Shown here piece by piece: positions 60,574 through 64,000 of a stretch of 64,000 nt of DNA. The notes beneath the pieces are model-generated. The model ran no database searches and had not been told where the DNA came from. It was given only the letters and a program-made list of their open reading frames with translations. Numbering within the stretch: position 1 is the first letter of the stretch; every line of letters starts with the position of its first letter. This stretch comes from an uncultured delta proteobacterium (GTDB lineage: Bacteria > Myxococcota > Myxococcia > Myxococcales > Anaeromyxobacteraceae). Location: NCBI GenBank assembly GCA_963814585.1, contig CAWFDF010000003.1, forward strand, positions 352,001 through 416,000, read 5' to 3'. Made by a program: the position numbers and the translations under genes.

Positions 60574-60577
60574 TCCC

Positions 60578-61594
60578 ATGACCTCCCCGCGGCCCGGCCG
60601 GAGGCCCGGCGCCAGCCCCGAGCGCCGCGCCGGCGAGGACGCGCCGCCGGGCGCGCCCATCTTCGCCGCCTGCGCCCCCGGCCTCGAGCCGGTGCTGGCC
60701 GCGGAGCTGCGCGAGCTCGGCCTCGACGCCTCCGAGACCCCGGGCGGCGCCGACGTCCGCGGCGAGGACGCGGCGGCGCTCGTCTGCCTCGCCTCGCGCG
60801 TCGCCGAGACGGTCCGGATCCGCGTCTTCGACGGGAGGGGCGACGGCTTCGACGCCGCCCGCGCCGCGGCGCGGCGCCGCTTCGGCGAGGGCGCCGTCCT
60901 CCACGTCCGCCGGTCCAGCGGCCGCCTGTCGCTCTCGGTGGACGCGGCCGGCGAGCCGCTGCACCGCCGTGGCTGGCGCGCCCGCATCGGCGCGGCGCCG
61001 CTGCGCGAGACCCTGGCCGCCGCGCTGCTGCGGGTCGCCGGCTGGAACGGCGACCGCCCCTTCCTCGACCCCATGTGCGGCTCGGGCACGCTGGCCATCG
61101 AGGCGGCGCTCCTGGCGGCGCGGCGCGCCCCCGGCCTGGACCGGACCTTCGCCTTCGAGCGCTTCCCCGGCCACGACGCCCGCCGCACCGCCCGGCTCCG
61201 CGAGCGGCTCCGCGCCGAGGCCCGGCCGGTCACCGTCCCCATCCACGCCTCCGACCGGAACATGGGGGTGCTGCGGCTGGCCCAGAAGAACGCCGCCGCG
61301 GCCGGCGTCGAGGCGGTGGTGCGCTTCCAGCGGGCCGATGCCGCCACCGTCCTGCCGCCGCCCGGAGGCGCGGGGCTGTGCGCCGTCAACCCGCCCTTCG
61401 GCGTGCGGCTCGACGAGGACGCGGCCGGCGCCTGGCGCGCGCTCGGCCAGCTGGCGCTGCGCCTCCCCGGCTGGGCCCTGGTGGTGCTCGGTCCCGACCG
61501 TGGCCTGGAGCGGCTGCTGCCGCTCCCTCCGCGCCAGGCCATCCCCGTCCGCAACGGCGGGCTGGCTTGCCAGGTCCTCTCGTTCCAGCTCTGA
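60578..61594 (+). CDS. RlmL/THUMP-family RNA methyltransferase
   Basis: CAPGLE, LHRRGWR, APLRETLAAA, DPMCGSGT, NPPFG. Confidence 0.85.
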   Translation: MTSPRPGRRPGASPERRAGEDAPPGAPIFAACAPGLEPVLAAELRELGLDASETPGGADVRGEDAAALVCLASRVAETVRIRVFDGRGDGFDAARAAARRRFGEGAVLHVRRSSGRLSLSVDAAGEPLHRRGWRARIGAAPLRETLAAALLRVAGWNGDRPFLDPMCGSGTLAIEAALLAARRAPGLDRTFAFERFPGHDARRTARLRERLRAEARPVTVPIHASDRNMGVLRLAQKNAAAAGVEAVVRFQRADAATVLPPPGGAGLCAVNPPFGVRLDEDAAGAWRALGQLALRLPGWALVVLGPDRGLERLLPLPPRQAIPVRNGGLACQVLSFQL

Positions 61595-61697
61595 TCCGCT
61601 GGCCTGGGCCGGCGTGCCGGGGACGGGCGGGCCGGCGCCGGCGGCGCGGATCCTCGATCGCCCAGGAGCCGATGGCGACCACCAGGGAGTCGTCCGA

Positions 61698-61907
61698 TCA
61701 GGACGCGGCCAGCTCCACCGGGTGCTCCACGCCTCCGGCCAGGTCCCGCACCAGGATGTTGCCGCGCGCCCTGATACCGGTGTCGGCGAGCTCCTCGCGG
61801 AACATCGCCACCGCCTCGCGCTCGTCCCAGGCGCGGACGTGGCCCGACAGGCGTCTGGTGCCGGTGACCAGGGTGCAGCGGTAGATCTTCTCGCGAGGCG
61901 TGGACAT
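61698..61907 (-). CDS. Small hypothetical protein (69 aa)
   Basis: ATG after ggaaggga; protein-like composition; fills the gap between genes. Confidence 0.6.
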   Translation of the reverse strand: MSTPREKIYRCTLVTGTRRLSGHVRAWDEREAVAMFREELADTGIRARGNILVRDLAGGVEHPVELAAS

Positions 61908-62147
61908 GGTCCCATCCCTTCCTGGCTGGAAGGTAGCCGAGAGCCGTGTGACGGCGAGGTGACGAGTCCGGAACGAATCCGTGCCTGGGCCCGGCCGAGC
62001 CGGAAGCCGTCCCGCTGACGAAGGGTGCCGGGACTCCGGTGCGCGGGAGACGGCCCAGGTGCCGGGCGGGCGTCCCCGGGCCCTTCACACGAAGTTCGCA
62101 CGCTGGCCCCGGTCCCGACACGCCGACCCGGTATCCAGGGTCCAGCG

Positions 62148-62750
62148 ATGGAAGCCAACCGAGAGCAGCACGTCGTCCAGCCGCTGGTGATGGCCGAACC
62201 GGCCACCGCCGCCGGTGCCGTCACGTTGCCGGCCGGAGCCTTCACCCGGCTGCTCGCCTGGGACCAGGCGACCCTCCTTGCGGCGCGCCGGTGGCGCACC
62301 CCGTGGCGGACCGTGGTGGCGCGCGCGCTCACCCGCGTCGGTGACGCGAGTGGCTGGACGCTGGTCGGGCTGGCCTTCTTCGCGACGTCCACGCCGCTCG
62401 GGACCGCGCTGGGGCTTCGGCTGGCCGTCGCCGCCGGCGTCGCCACCGCCCTGTCGCAGGCGCTGAAGCGGCTCCTCCAGCGCACCCGCCCGGATCTCGC
62501 CATCGCCGGTTTCGTCCCCGAGGCCGCCAATCCGGACCGCTTCAGCTTCCCGTCCGGCCACACCTGCGCCGCCTTCGCCGTGGCGCTGGCCTTCAGCGGC
62601 GCCCCTCTCGGCCTCGGGCCGCTGTTCCTCGCCCTGGCCGTCGGCATCGGCGCCTCGCGCGTCTACCTCGGCGCGCACTACCCGCTCGACGTGGCCGCCG
62701 GCGCCCTGCTCGGAGGCCTGGCCGGACTGGTGACGCACCTGCTCGCCTGA
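62148..62750 (+). CDS. PAP2-family phosphatase
   Basis: KRLLQRTRP, SFPSGH, SRVYLGAHYPLDV. Confidence 0.92.
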   Translation: MEANREQHVVQPLVMAEPATAAGAVTLPAGAFTRLLAWDQATLLAARRWRTPWRTVVARALTRVGDASGWTLVGLAFFATSTPLGTALGLRLAVAAGVATALSQALKRLLQRTRPDLAIAGFVPEAANPDRFSFPSGHTCAAFAVALAFSGAPLGLGPLFLALAVGIGASRVYLGAHYPLDVAAGALLGGLAGLVTHLLA

Positions 62751-62768
62751 GCCGGCGTCGGACAGGCA

Positions 62769-62797
62769 CCCCCGGGCGTCGAGCCGACGCCCGGGGG
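62769..62797. terminator. GC-rich hairpin between convergent genes (probable terminator)
   Basis: cccccgggcgtcg-agc-cgacgcccggggg, perfect 13-bp stem; no U-tract. Confidence 0.55.
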
Positions 62798-62868
62798 CCT
62801 GGCCGGTCGGCCACGTCGGCGGCGGCCCGTCCGCACCCGGGGGAGGCCTCGGGGCCGCGCCGGATCGT

Positions 62869-63075
62869 TCAGTTGGCGGCGGTCACCGGCCTGGCCTCGG
62901 CCTTCTTGACCTCCACCTTGGTGGGCCGGTTCTCCGACTTCGCCGTGGCCACCTTGGCCGGAGCCGCCTTGGCGTCGCTCTCGGCGGTCTTCGACTTCAT
63001 CCCCTCGCAAGCGAGCGCGGGGGTGGCGAGGGCCACGACGGCGGCCGCGGCAGCGAGCTTGAGCGCGAGCTTCAT
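62869..63075 (-). CDS. Small secreted Lys/Ala-rich protein (68 aa)
   Basis: RBS aaggag; signal peptide ending PALA-C. Confidence 0.7.
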   Translation of the reverse strand: MKLALKLAAAAAVVALATPALACEGMKSKTAESDAKAAPAKVATAKSENRPTKVEVKKAEARPVTAAN

Positions 63076-63373
63076 GGTCTGCTCCTTCGGTGCGACGCGC
63101 GTGCGCCCCGGGATGGGAGCGACCGGCGGTCGCCGGCGTCGAGACGCCGTGGAGAGGGCTTGTGGTCGGGTCCGCTCCTCCGCAACCTGGACGCCGGCCC
63201 CCCGACGGGGCGATCCCAGCCGCTTCGGGGGTATCGGATGCTGACGCTCCAAGGGGGAGCCGACGGGCGAAGCGTGGCGAGCCGGGGCTCCATGGCTCCC
63301 CTCAGGTGGCCCGTTGCCTGCGGCGGCGCTCGCTGCCAGGCCGAGCCGGGCCCTGGCCCGGCGAGGGGCGCCG

Positions 63374-64000
63374 TCAGGCGTCGTAGCGGATGTCGCCGGC
63401 GCCGGTCGCGTCATACCCCGGGATCGACCCGATCTCGGTTCGGAAGGGGCGTCCCTGAGCCACCTCGCAGAGCCGGACCACCCGGGTGTCGCCCAGATCG
63501 CGCGCCTTGACGATGAGACCGTAGGATTCGGTCGCCAGCGGCAGGAAGGCCAGCCCGGCGCGCTCGCCCCAGGCCCGGGACGCCAGGCCCACCTCGGCCT
63601 GGCCCGCCGCGACCGCGAGCACCACGTCCAGCTGCGAGTCGAGGGTGATGGCCTTCCTGTGGATCCTGGCCGCATCCAGGCCCGCCGCCCGGAGCGCGTC
63701 CTCGAGGTGGCCGCGGGTGCCGGCGCTGGGCGGGCGTGAGGCGAGGCGGCGCGTCGCCAGGTCCTTCAGACGGATCGGCCGCGCACCCTTCGGGGAGACG
63801 AGCCCGATCTCGCGCTGCACCAGGTGCACCCTTGCGACCCGCTCATCGCCCACGTGGCTCGGGAAGCTGCCTGCGTGGGCACCGGCCGCGAGCACGGCCC
63901 GGCAGCGGAGCAGGTCGATGGCGGTCCCGGTGTCGGCCTGGACGAGGCCGAGGAGTGGTGGCCCCGTGGCGCCGGCCATGCGGAGCAGCACCCGGATGAC
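63374..64000 (-). CDS. Molybdate-binding PBP-like domain protein (probable regulator), 5' end beyond the window
   Basis: AHAGS, REIGLV, RPPSAGTR, AVAAGQAEVG, FLPLATESYGL, IPGYD. Confidence 0.75.
   Translation of the reverse strand, partial: VIRVLLRMAGATGPPLLGLVQADTGTAIDLLRCRAVLAAGAHAGSFPSHVGDERVARVHLVQREIGLVSPKGARPIRLKDLATRRLASRPPSAGTRGHLEDALRAAGLDAARIHRKAITLDSQLDVVLAVAAGQAEVGLASRAWGERAGLAFLPLATESYGLIVKARDLGDTRVVRLCEVAQGRPFRTEIGSIPGYDATGAGDIRYDA

Noticed and set aside
62010..62060. CTGACGA suggesting a hammerhead ribozyme core
   Set aside because: No downstream GAAA core or compatible stems

Overview
Very GC-rich bacterial chromosome segment. Gene content and protein style suggest Myxococcota, Anaeromyxobacter-like; this is inference from the sequence only. 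About 55 protein-coding genes are supportable. I found no rRNA, tRNA, CRISPR array, integrase or transposase. Core or housekeeping genes: ddpX, fmt-rsmB-rpe, rlpA, a uracil-DNA glycosylase, msrPQ, a Liv-type ABC importer, a TPAT-type TRAP transporter, ftsH, a groEL paralog, an ABC-F ATPase and several methyltransferases. The best candidate for an undescribed system is a ~15 kb AraC-linked beta-glucoside locus (29.8-44.8 kb). It encodes three GH3 lipoproteins, an outer-membrane beta-barrel, an EIIA-HPr-EI fusion and a PtsG-like EIIC-EIIB-EIIB' permease, with no SusC/SusD. The middle GH3 has lost its nucleophile and other -1 subsite residues but keeps a full-length ORF, so it looks like a pseudoenzyme. 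The locus is bracketed by a ~93% identical, internally deleted copy of the neighbouring HAD gene's 5' end. Other highlights: a DUF4388-Roadblock / Roadblock / output-less Cache-HAMP operon with no GTPase; a pair of inverted MITE-like repeats around rlpA-UDG; a one-gene PEGA-lipoprotein insertion flanked by a 79-bp duplication of a DTW gene 3' end; and two +1 frameshifts that may be assembly errors. All family assignments come from motif recognition by eye, not database searches.
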